Positions 9,303 through 16,647 are shown, numbered from the stretch's first letter. The stretch is DNA of 32,000 nt from Candidatus Nanopusillus sp. (GCA_028275775.1 JAPWTZ010000001.1:30001-62000); one strand, 5' to 3'. The notes: generated by a model from the sequence alone, not told the origin. Translations and numbers: made by a program.

Positions 9303-10143
9303 TCTGTTTTTAGATATAATTACAAAAAGAATAGATATAAATAAAAATACTGGAAACATAAATCAAGAGATTAAATTAAAAGTTGGAGGAAATGCTGCAA
9401 ATTTTTCAATTGCATTAAGTAAAATTGGAATTAAAAATAAATTAATAGCTGGATGTAATAAAATTTCAGAATTAATATTTAAACAATATATAAAAGATAA
9501 AAAGTTAAAGATAAAATTTTTACCAATATATACAGATATTTCTATTACTATTAGTTTTGAAAATGATGACAGAATTATGATAACAGATCCAAAAGGTATT
9601 CAAATTGGAATTAATGAAATAAAAAAATATGAAAAAATATTAAAGAAAGCAAAATATATATTTTTTGGAAATTGGAATAATAATAAAAAGTCCAATGAAT
9701 TATTAAAATATATAATTAATTTAAATAAAGATGCTAAAATATATTTAGATATAGGAGATCCTTCAATAAATATTGAAAATTTAAATGAATTAATTAAAAT
9801 ATTGAAAGAAAATAAAATCTGGGTTTTTAGTTTAAATGAATATGAATTAGAATATCTAGGAAATTTTCTTAAATTAAATTATGAAAATCTATTAGATCTA
9901 GCAAATAAATTATATAAAATATTAAATGTAGAACATTTAGATATTCATTCTCCAGATTTTGTTTATTCTTTACCGTCAGGAATATATATAAAAATTGAGA
10001 AAGTTAAACCAATAATATTAACAGGAGCAGGAGATACATGGAATGCTGGAAATTTCTATGGATATTTAAATAATCTAGATAATAAAGATAGATTATTATT
10101 TGCAAACGAAATTGCTAAGAAATATATATTGAATGAATTTTAA
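9271..10143 (+). CDS. PfkB-family carbohydrate/nucleoside kinase (ribokinase-like)
   Basis: GGNAANFSIALSKIGI near the N-terminus and the TGAGDTWNAGNFYG signature near the C-terminus. Substrate cannot be called. Confidence 0.8.
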   Translation: MKQNSIISLPDLFLDIITKRIDINKNTGNINQEIKLKVGGNAANFSIALSKIGIKNKLIAGCNKISELIFKQYIKDKKLKIKFLPIYTDISITISFENDDRIMITDPKGIQIGINEIKKYEKILKKAKYIFFGNWNNNKKSNELLKYIINLNKDAKIYLDIGDPSINIENLNELIKILKENKIWVFSLNEYELEYLGNFLKLNYENLLDLANKLYKILNVEHLDIHSPDFVYSLPSGIYIKIEKVKPIILTGAGDTWNAGNFYGYLNNLDNKDRLLFANEIAKKYILNEF

Positions 10144-10160
10144 TCTTTTTTATAAAAAAA
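10144..10160. terminator. Bidirectional oligo-T tract between the convergent PfkB gene and tRNA-Asp
   Basis: The sequence is tcttttttataaaaaaa. It gives T6 on the + strand just after the PfkB stop (10141..10143) and T7 on the - strand immediately after the tRNA-Asp 3' end (10161). Archaeal RNA polymerase terminates at oligo-T. Confidence 0.45.
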
Positions 10161-10231
10161 CGCCCCCGCCGGGATTTGAACCCGGGTCACGGGATCGACA
10201 GTCCCGTATGCTGCCGCTACACCACGGAGGC
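10161..10231 (-). tRNA. tRNA-Asp (GUC), no intron, no encoded CCA
   Basis: Reverse complement: GCCTCCG TG GTGT AGCGGCA GCAT A CGGGA CTGTCGA TCCCG TGAC CCGGG TTCAAAT CCCGG CGGGGGC G. It folds as a full cloverleaf with U33 and anticodon GTC. It is a GC-rich island in AT-rich DNA. Confidence 0.9.
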
Positions 10232-10789
10232 TTAATATTCTCTATTATTTAATATACTTTTAATTTTTTCTTTAATTTTATTAAATATTTCTTCAGAATA
10301 AAATTTCTTATATTCTTTTAATAAATTAATTAATTCTTGATCAACATTAATTATTTTATCATCTATTAAATATTGTATAAATTGTGTTAAATTTGAAGGA
10401 TTATTTTTCAATCTTGCCCTTTCCCAATCTATTAAATAAATTTTATTATCCTTAATAATTATATGTTCATAAGGTCTTCTCATTTCTTCTTTTTCAATTT
10501 TTAATCTATCTAATAAAAATAAAATATCTAGAATATTATCTAAATATTTTTTCTTTTCTTCTAAATCTAAATCTTCAAATTTCTTCCCATCAATATATTC
10601 CATTTCTATTTCCAAATTTTTATCATTATAAGAAATAATTCTTGGAACAAAACCATAATTACTTAAAAGATCTAAAAAATATTTCTCTTTTTCATAGTTT
10701 TTATATAATTTATCCTTAAATTTTTTTATTATTGTACCATTTTCAGTTAAAAAAATTTCAGAATGCCAACCTTCACCAATCTTTTTCAT
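10232..10789 (-). CDS. Small atypical protein-kinase-like protein (archaeal RIO/Bud32-like, COG2112-type fold)
   Basis: Gly-rich loop IGEGWHSEIF, Lys in IIKKF, hinge MEYIDG, and LDRLKIEKEEMRRPYEHIIIKDNKIYLIDWERA...NPSNLTQFIQYL. The usual HG-x-L / HxD catalytic-loop residues are not evident. Confidence 0.5.
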   Translation of the reverse strand: MKKIGEGWHSEIFLTENGTIIKKFKDKLYKNYEKEKYFLDLLSNYGFVPRIISYNDKNLEIEMEYIDGKKFEDLDLEEKKKYLDNILDILFLLDRLKIEKEEMRRPYEHIIIKDNKIYLIDWERARLKNNPSNLTQFIQYLIDDKIINVDQELINLLKEYKKFYSEEIFNKIKEKIKSILNNREY

Positions 10790-12156
10790 TCAAATATAAA
10801 GTTAAAATCTTCAAATAATCTATATTTCTTATTATTTAATTCTTCTAATGGTTTTTCAAGCTCTTCAATTAAATTATATAATTCGTCTTCTTTTATTTTC
10901 TTTTCTTCTATATTTTTACTATTTATATTATAATATCTTATTGAATATATATTATCATTTACCTCTTTTTCCCCAATATATATTATAATATATGGTTTAT
11001 ATGTTGATTCTAATATTCTTGTCATATTACTTAATTGTGTTTTTGTAGTTTCAATATTTACAACTCTAATTTCTTTATTTTTCAAATTATTATATATTTT
11101 CATTGCATATTCTTTTATTTTATTATCTTTTTCTTTATCTCCAGTAAATATATCTAATATTGCAACCTGAATTGGTGTTAATACAAATGGTAACCTTCCT
11201 TTAAATGATTCTAAATATGCACCAATGAATCTTTCTATGGAACCCAAATAAGCTCTATGAATTATATATAAATTATCTATTCCAAAATAATCCTTTACTA
11301 ATTCAATAAGTTTAAAGTTCTTTGGTAAATTAAAATCTAATTGTATAGTACCCAATTGCCATTCCTTTTCTCCAATTTTCAATGTAAAATCATATTTTGG
11401 ACCATAAAATGCGGCTTCTCCAATTCCTTCATAAGTGGAGAAATTATATTTACTTGCCAATTTATTTATTACATTTCTCATTACATCTTCAACATATTCC
11501 CAATCTTCTTTAGAACCAGAATATTCGTTCATCTTGTTTGGATCATGTAAACTTAATCTTACTTTAAATTCAGATGCTTTTAAATTTATATTAAATACTT
11601 TCTCATACAATATTATCATTTCATCCATTAACTTTTCAATTTCCTTTTCCAATAAGTTTGGAGTAATAAATATATGAGAATCATCTTGAGTAAATGATCT
11701 TACCCTTAATAATCCGTAAACACTTCCAGAAGGTTCGTATCTATGTACAGTACCTAACTCAAATGTTCTAAATGGTAATTTTATTTTTCTATATTTTTCT
11801 AATAAATTAATAAAAATTAATATATGATGCGGACAATTCATTGGTTTAATTGCAAATTCTTCATCTTCTATATTAAATATATACATATTTTGTTTATAAT
11901 ATGAAAGATGACCTGAAATTTGATATAATAATGTATTTGTAATAATTGGTGTTCTTACCAGATAATATCCTCTTTTAACATGAAAATCTGTCAATATCTG
12001 AGATAATATATAATATGTTAGTCCACCTCCTAGAGAAAATAATTGTAGACCCTTTCCTAGAAGATCACCAAAATTCCTGTTTAACTTTTCTATCCTTCTG
12101 TCATGCTTTATCAATATATCAATCTCATCTCCAATATCTATATGGTCCTTTTCCAT
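10786..12156 (-). CDS. thrS: Threonyl-tRNA synthetase, catalytic plus anticodon-binding domains only (no N-terminal editing/TGS domains)
   Basis: KPMNCPHHILIF, LPFRTFELGTVHRYEPSGSVYGLLRVRSFTQDDSHIF and FYGPKYDF are class II ThrRS motifs. The protein starts at the DH-x-x-IG segment that precedes the catalytic core. Confidence 0.9.
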   Translation of the reverse strand: MEKDHIDIGDEIDILIKHDRRIEKLNRNFGDLLGKGLQLFSLGGGLTYYILSQILTDFHVKRGYYLVRTPIITNTLLYQISGHLSYYKQNMYIFNIEDEEFAIKPMNCPHHILIFINLLEKYRKIKLPFRTFELGTVHRYEPSGSVYGLLRVRSFTQDDSHIFITPNLLEKEIEKLMDEMIILYEKVFNINLKASEFKVRLSLHDPNKMNEYSGSKEDWEYVEDVMRNVINKLASKYNFSTYEGIGEAAFYGPKYDFTLKIGEKEWQLGTIQLDFNLPKNFKLIELVKDYFGIDNLYIIHRAYLGSIERFIGAYLESFKGRLPFVLTPIQVAILDIFTGDKEKDNKIKEYAMKIYNNLKNKEIRVVNIETTKTQLSNMTRILESTYKPYIIIYIGEKEVNDNIYSIRYYNINSKNIEEKKIKEDELYNLIEELEKPLEELNNKKYRLFEDFNFIFE

Positions 12157-12179
12157 TAAAAAATATGAATTAAAAAGTT

Positions 12180-12650
12180 TTATAAAAATAATTCATTTAT
12201 TTCATAATAAACTATATTATTTTCTATATCAATTATTGCCAATAAAATTTTATTTAAATTCTTTGAATCCATAAAATTTAAAATATCTTTAATATATAGA
12301 AATTCATTTTCATATATTGGATAAATATAATATAAAATTTTTTCTTTTTTATAATCTGCATATAAAATAATTGAGTCATTTTCTATATCTAAATAATGTC
12401 CTTTATTTCTTAAATCTTCAAACACATAAAATTTCTTCATATTTAATATATTTTTATATTTTTTAATAAAATCTAAAAAGTTGTTTATTCCTTCTAATTT
12501 TATCCATCCTTTTTTTATACAATATAAAGCTTCTTCTGGTTCTAAAATAATATGATCTTTATTCATTTTTCCAATTCTTCCTATTTTATCATAGAATTCT
12601 TTATTTAAAATAAATTTATTATTAAATTCTTTAACTATAATTTTTTCCAT
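12180..12650 (-). CDS. tRNA splicing endonuclease, structural (beta-like) subunit
   Basis: EndA-like fold signature YVFEDLRNKGHYL, but no catalytic His/Lys equivalents. It lies directly downstream of the catalytic subunit gene and overlaps it by 16 nt. Confidence 0.6.
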   Translation of the reverse strand: MEKIIVKEFNNKFILNKEFYDKIGRIGKMNKDHIILEPEEALYCIKKGWIKLEGINNFLDFIKKYKNILNMKKFYVFEDLRNKGHYLDIENDSIILYADYKKEKILYYIYPIYENEFLYIKDILNFMDSKNLNKILLAIIDIENNIVYYEINELFL

Positions 12651-13063
12651 CTTATTTCTAGAAATCTATAGTTATTATTATCCTTTATACAATATAAAAT
12701 TCTTTTTCTAGTACTATGTGCTACTCTATTTTTTGCTAAAAAATCATATATATCTATTTTTTCATTAATATTTATTGGAATAGCAACCCATTTTGAATGT
12801 TCTTCAATATTTTCATATATTCTAAATATACCACCAAATTTTAATCCTGTACCTAAATAATAACCTTTCTCCCTAAAATATTTATATATATCATAATATA
12901 ACTTAATTTTTTCATCTTTTAGGAAATAATTTATATCTAATTTATTATTTTTTTCATCATATACTTCAATTTCATTTTTTTCTAATAAATATAAAACTTC
13001 ATAGAAAAATAAAATCTTATCTTCTGATAAAAATACATTATCTTTATATAATACTCTTTTCAT
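12635..13063 (-). CDS. endA: tRNA splicing endonuclease, catalytic (alpha) subunit, short form
   Basis: YFREKGYYLGTGLKFGGIFRIYENIEEHSKWVAIP (catalytic Tyr and His context) and RVAHSTRKRILYC (catalytic Lys context). Confidence 0.85.
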   Translation of the reverse strand: MKRVLYKDNVFLSEDKILFFYEVLYLLEKNEIEVYDEKNNKLDINYFLKDEKIKLYYDIYKYFREKGYYLGTGLKFGGIFRIYENIEEHSKWVAIPININEKIDIYDFLAKNRVAHSTRKRILYCIKDNNNYRFLEIRWKKL

Positions 13064-13095
13064 CTAAATCTTAAATTATAAAAAATGTATAAAAA

Positions 13096-13168
13096 TGCCG
13101 CCGGTGGGACTTGAACCCACGACCTGTGGATTACAAGTCCACCGCTCTACCAACTGAGCTACGGCGGC
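13096..13168 (-). tRNA. tRNA-Thr (UGU), no intron, no encoded CCA
   Basis: Reverse complement: GCCGCCG TA GCTC AGTTGGTA GAGC G GTGGA CTTGTAA TCCAC AGGTC GTGGG TTCAAGT CCCAC CGGCGGC A. Canonical 73-nt cloverleaf with anticodon TGT. Confidence 0.9.
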
Positions 13169-13202
13169 AATAAAATATAAAATAATAAAAAAGTTAAAAT
13201 CT

Positions 13203-14054
13203 TTAACTTCCTCCTAGAGAAACTACTGATTGAGATAAAACAGCCGGTACAGCTCCTCCATATTGCGACGTATATCCATTTATTGGTGTTATTTGTATAT
13301 TATAATTTTCATTTACCGATAATCCATTAGGTAGATAATACATTATTTCATATAATTCTCCAGTTGTTAAATACACACTTTCCTGACTTATGGATAATCC
13401 AATTATTGCATATGGATTTTGAATTCCAGCCTCATTCATTGATTGCAATATTTGGAATACCTGATTTATACTTAATGGATATCCAATTATTGAAGAATTT
13501 AATCCTATTGTACATGAGACTAAAGTTCCATTTACATATGTAAAGTTTGTATATATATATTGATTTGTGAAATTATTTAATGTAGAACATACTTGTGAAT
13601 TATTTATTGTTACATTTAATACATTTACTTGGTTATCAAACATAAATCCAGTTATTATAAAACTTCCTCCCTGTAATACACCATATATAGATGTAGGCTC
13701 ATATTGAGAAGGCGCATATGAATATACATCTCCATTGCTATCTGTAATCAAAGTACTTACATATTCAAAACTAATTGGATTGGAACCTGGCATTAATGAC
13801 ACAACTGGTCCTAAGACTGTTATTTTTTGTAAATAGTTATTTAATTGACCATTTGATGGATCATATTGATATCCAAATACCTGTGTAATTTGCATACCTG
13901 TTGTTATTCTTTGTTCAGCTTGTGCACCTGTTTGTAATGCTTTCGATTGTAAAGAACTTGCTGTATATATTATTACACCGGCTGCTACTGCTGCCGTTAC
14001 TATTATTGCTATTAATATAATTAATGTTGACAAACCAAACTGTGCCCTTACCAT
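13203..14054 (-). CDS. Archaellin (FlaB/ArlB family)
   Basis: N-terminus MVRA|QFGLSTLIILIAIIVTAAVAAGVIIYTASSLQSKALQTGAQAEQ is the archaellin class III signal peptide plus conserved hydrophobic helix. Ala/Gly/Thr/Gln/Val-rich composition, unlike the Lys/Ile/Asn-rich neighbours. Confidence 0.85.
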   Translation of the reverse strand: MVRAQFGLSTLIILIAIIVTAAVAAGVIIYTASSLQSKALQTGAQAEQRITTGMQITQVFGYQYDPSNGQLNNYLQKITVLGPVVSLMPGSNPISFEYVSTLITDSNGDVYSYAPSQYEPTSIYGVLQGGSFIITGFMFDNQVNVLNVTINNSQVCSTLNNFTNQYIYTNFTYVNGTLVSCTIGLNSSIIGYPLSINQVFQILQSMNEAGIQNPYAIIGLSISQESVYLTTGELYEIMYYLPNGLSVNENYNIQITPINGYTSQYGGAVPAVLSQSVVSLGGS

Positions 14055-14101
14055 AATGAATTAAAAGATTTTAAACATTATAAATTTTACCTAAAAGGTA
14101 G

Positions 14102-15211
14102 TTATTTATTTAATAATGCAATTGTTTCCATATGATATGTATGAGGAAATTGATCAACCAAAATTATATTTTCCAATTTATAATTCCTTTTATTTATTAA
14201 AATATCTATATCCCTCTTTTGTGTTTCTGGATAACAGGAAACATAAACAATTCTCTTTGCATTAGATTCTAATATTTTTCTTATTACTTTTTTATGTAAT
14301 CCAGGTCTTGGTGGATCTACAATTATTTTATCTGCATTTATCTTTTCTAAATCTTCTACATTAGATAACAAAAATTTCACACTTTTTACATTATTTATTT
14401 CTTTATTTAATTTAAACATTTCAAAATTTTCCATATTATTATCTACAGCATACACATAATTAGAATATTTTCCAATTTCTATTGCATAAAAACCAGAACC
14501 AGAATATAAATCATAAATTATATCATTTTCATTTGGATCTGTAAATTCTCTTACATATTTTAATAATATTTCTGCAGTATAACTATTTGGCTGATAAAAA
14601 CTATTTGGCGAAATATAATAAAAATTATCTAGAGCCTTTTCTTTAATATATTTTTCTCCAGATAATAAATAATTTATATTTCCATATGAAACATCTGAAA
14701 TTGTATCATTTATTGACCAATAAAATGAATTAACATAATTTTTAATCTCATTATAAAATTCTAAAAATATGTTTTTATAATATTCTAAATTATCCGTTTT
14801 ATAAGTTATTATATTTACCATTCTCTCATTTGTAAATTTTCCTTCTCTTATTACAATATATCTTACAAAACCAGTATAATTTTTTGTATCCCATGGTTTC
14901 AAATTTTTATTTTTTATAAATTCTCTAAACTTATTTCTTATTATATTTGATTCTTGAGATTGTAAAAAACATTCTTCAATATTTACATATGAATACCATT
15001 TTCCATATTCTTTTAATCCTACTTCATAATTAGGACCAACAGCATAATCCATTCTATTTCTATAATAAATTATTTTTGGTGATTTTATAACTTCATCAGG
15101 TTCTCTTTTAAATATATCAATAAACTTCTTTATTTTATATTCTATTTGTTCATTATATGATAAATTCTGAATTTGACAACCACCACATTTTGGAAAATGC
15201 TTACATAACAT
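14102..15211 (-). CDS. RumA/TrmA-family SAM-dependent RNA (uracil-C5)-methyltransferase, no TRAM domain
   Basis: N-terminal Fe-S Cys cluster CKHFPKCGGC plus a later Cys (EECF). SAM motif DLYSGSGFYAIE, VDPPRPGL, nucleophile Cys in YVSCYPET, and C-terminal FPHTYHMETIALL. Confidence 0.85.
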   Translation of the reverse strand: MLCKHFPKCGGCQIQNLSYNEQIEYKIKKFIDIFKREPDEVIKSPKIIYYRNRMDYAVGPNYEVGLKEYGKWYSYVNIEECFLQSQESNIIRNKFREFIKNKNLKPWDTKNYTGFVRYIVIREGKFTNERMVNIITYKTDNLEYYKNIFLEFYNEIKNYVNSFYWSINDTISDVSYGNINYLLSGEKYIKEKALDNFYYISPNSFYQPNSYTAEILLKYVREFTDPNENDIIYDLYSGSGFYAIEIGKYSNYVYAVDNNMENFEMFKLNKEINNVKSVKFLLSNVEDLEKINADKIIVDPPRPGLHKKVIRKILESNAKRIVYVSCYPETQKRDIDILINKRNYKLENIILVDQFPHTYHMETIALLNK

Positions 15212-15249
15212 TAAGAATATTTAAAAATAAAATTTTAAAGATAAAAAAT

Positions 15250-15867
15250 CTATTGATATGCTTGATAGCCCAAAGAACTACATGAAGAATAACCTGTATA
15301 TGGATTTACAGCACATTGCATTATATCATAATATTGAGTTGGTGGAATTACTACTCTAAATCCCATTTGCAGATTACTTACAGAATAATTTATTGTTGCA
15401 TTTAAACATGGTCCTCCAATAATTGTTAAATTAATATTTGCTACTGAACGTGCTGGTATTACTTGTCCATAACTTAATGTTTCATTATATGTTGTATCAT
15501 ATACAGATTCTGCTATACCAATATTTGCAGCATCAGCTGAACTTTCAAATATTGGAGTTGTACATACTATATCACCATTTGGAGTTGTAAAATCAATAAA
15601 CCATCCCCTTAATGGTATGTCTGTTGGTCCTAGATTATATAATGTAAATGAAACTGTTGCTACACTTCCAAATTCAGAATATTCAACATCATGAATTGTA
15701 AATTCAGGTACTGCAGATTGTTGCTGATTTAATTGCAATTTTGTAATTGAATATCCAGCACTTTTTAAATAAACATCAACAATTATATAAGTACTTATTG
15801 CAGCTAATGCAACCAAAAATATAAAGAAAAAAAGCGATCCAAAGGCTTGTCCTTTCATTTTAGCCAT
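15250..15867 (-). CDS. Class III signal-peptide protein, archaellin-like or FlaF/FlaG-like minor archaellum component
   Basis: MAKMKG|QAFGSLFFFIFLVALAAISTYII followed by a beta-rich domain (TLYNLGPTDIPL). Overlaps the upstream archaellin-like gene by 8 nt. Confidence 0.5.
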   Translation of the reverse strand: MAKMKGQAFGSLFFFIFLVALAAISTYIIVDVYLKSAGYSITKLQLNQQQSAVPEFTIHDVEYSEFGSVATVSFTLYNLGPTDIPLRGWFIDFTTPNGDIVCTTPIFESSADAANIGIAESVYDTTYNETLSYGQVIPARSVANINLTIIGGPCLNATINYSVSNLQMGFRVVIPPTQYYDIMQCAVNPYTGYSSCSSLGYQAYQ

Positions 15868-16453
15868 ATAATATTACTGTTGGATATACTAATGCTGCCG
15901 GTGTTACACCTGATAGATCATATGGTTGTCCATTTGGTGGTATTACAGAGAATTCCCAAATTTGTGATGTTCCTAATGATACATTAGCATATACTAATAG
16001 TGCTGCCAAATCATTTGGTCCCAATACTCCATTATATAGTAATCCTGAATTATCTACCGAATCATGTTGATCAATATAGTAGTATCCTGTATATCCTGTT
16101 ACTAATGAAGAATTTGCTACAGCTCCTCCATATGTAAATACTTCTCTACCAGCTGGAGCATAGAATATTAATGCTGTTTGATTTAATAATATTGGCTGTG
16201 ATCCTGGTGCTAATCTTGTATATACTAAGAACTCTTGTACTGATTGTGATGTTGTATTAACATTTATACCTTCTACTCTTACAATTTCTACAGTTGTACC
16301 AGATGTTTGTACTGTTTGTTGTGCTGCAGCTGCTGCATGTCCTTGTGCACTGGTTGTTGCTCCAATAATTACTAATGCTGCTATTGCTGCTGTCAATGCT
16401 GCTGCTATAAATAATACCATTGCTGAAAAACCAGATCCTCCCTGACCTTTCAT
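15860..16453 (-). CDS. Short archaellin-like protein with class III signal peptide
   Basis: MKG|QGGSGFSAMVLFIAAALTAAIAALVIIGATTSAQGHAAAAAQQTVQTSG aligns with the archaellin N-terminal domain. Ala/Gly/Thr/Val-rich. Confidence 0.7.
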   Translation of the reverse strand: MKGQGGSGFSAMVLFIAAALTAAIAALVIIGATTSAQGHAAAAAQQTVQTSGTTVEIVRVEGINVNTTSQSVQEFLVYTRLAPGSQPILLNQTALIFYAPAGREVFTYGGAVANSSLVTGYTGYYYIDQHDSVDNSGLLYNGVLGPNDLAALLVYANVSLGTSQIWEFSVIPPNGQPYDLSGVTPAALVYPTVILYG

Positions 16454-16510
16454 ACCTTATTAAACACTCTTCCCATTTATATGAATTTGTTAATCAATAA
16501 TGATAACTTT

Positions 16511-16585
16511 TGCCCCCGCCGGGATTTGAACCCGGGTCATAGGGACGAAAACCCTATATCCTAGACCGGACTAGACGACGGGGGC
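16511..16585 (-). tRNA. tRNA-Glu (UUC), no intron, no encoded CCA
   Basis: Reverse complement: GCCCCCG TC GTCT AGTCCGGTCTA GGAT A TAGGG TTTTCGT CCCTA TGAC CCGGG TTCAAAT CCCGG CGGGGGC A. Anticodon TTC. A contiguous gene, not split. Confidence 0.9.
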
Positions 16586-16647
16586 GTATTTATTTTAGTT
16601 ATAAATAATACTATATAAAGTTTTATTTAAAATTTTATAACAATGTT

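Noticed and set aside
13203-16453. The higher GC of the archaellin-type genes as evidence of horizontal transfer or a genomic island.
   Set aside because: The shift is explained by amino-acid composition: Ala, Gly, Thr, Val and Gln are encoded by GC-richer codons. No integrase, direct repeats or tRNA-fragment duplication is visible at the boundaries, and the flanking tRNA genes are intact.
10161-16585. Split, permuted or intron-containing tRNA genes, expected because a heteromeric splicing endonuclease is present.
   Set aside because: All three tRNAs fold as contiguous canonical cloverleaves of 71, 73 and 75 nt. Their anticodon loops are uninterrupted 7-nt loops, and no orphan tRNA half was seen among the other GC-rich islands in the window.
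16586-16647. TATA-box promoter calls. One example is the palindromic TATATAAA at 16612..16619 between tRNA-Glu and sufB. Similar TATA-like strings lie upstream of tRNA-Thr, tRNA-Asp, the C/D sRNA and most genes.
   Set aside because: In DNA this AT-rich, TATA-like octamers occur in nearly every spacer and inside genes. Without mapped transcription starts I cannot separate real BRE/TATA elements from background. The 16612..16619 element would sit at -34..-27 relative to tRNA-Glu +1, which is plausible but not decisive.
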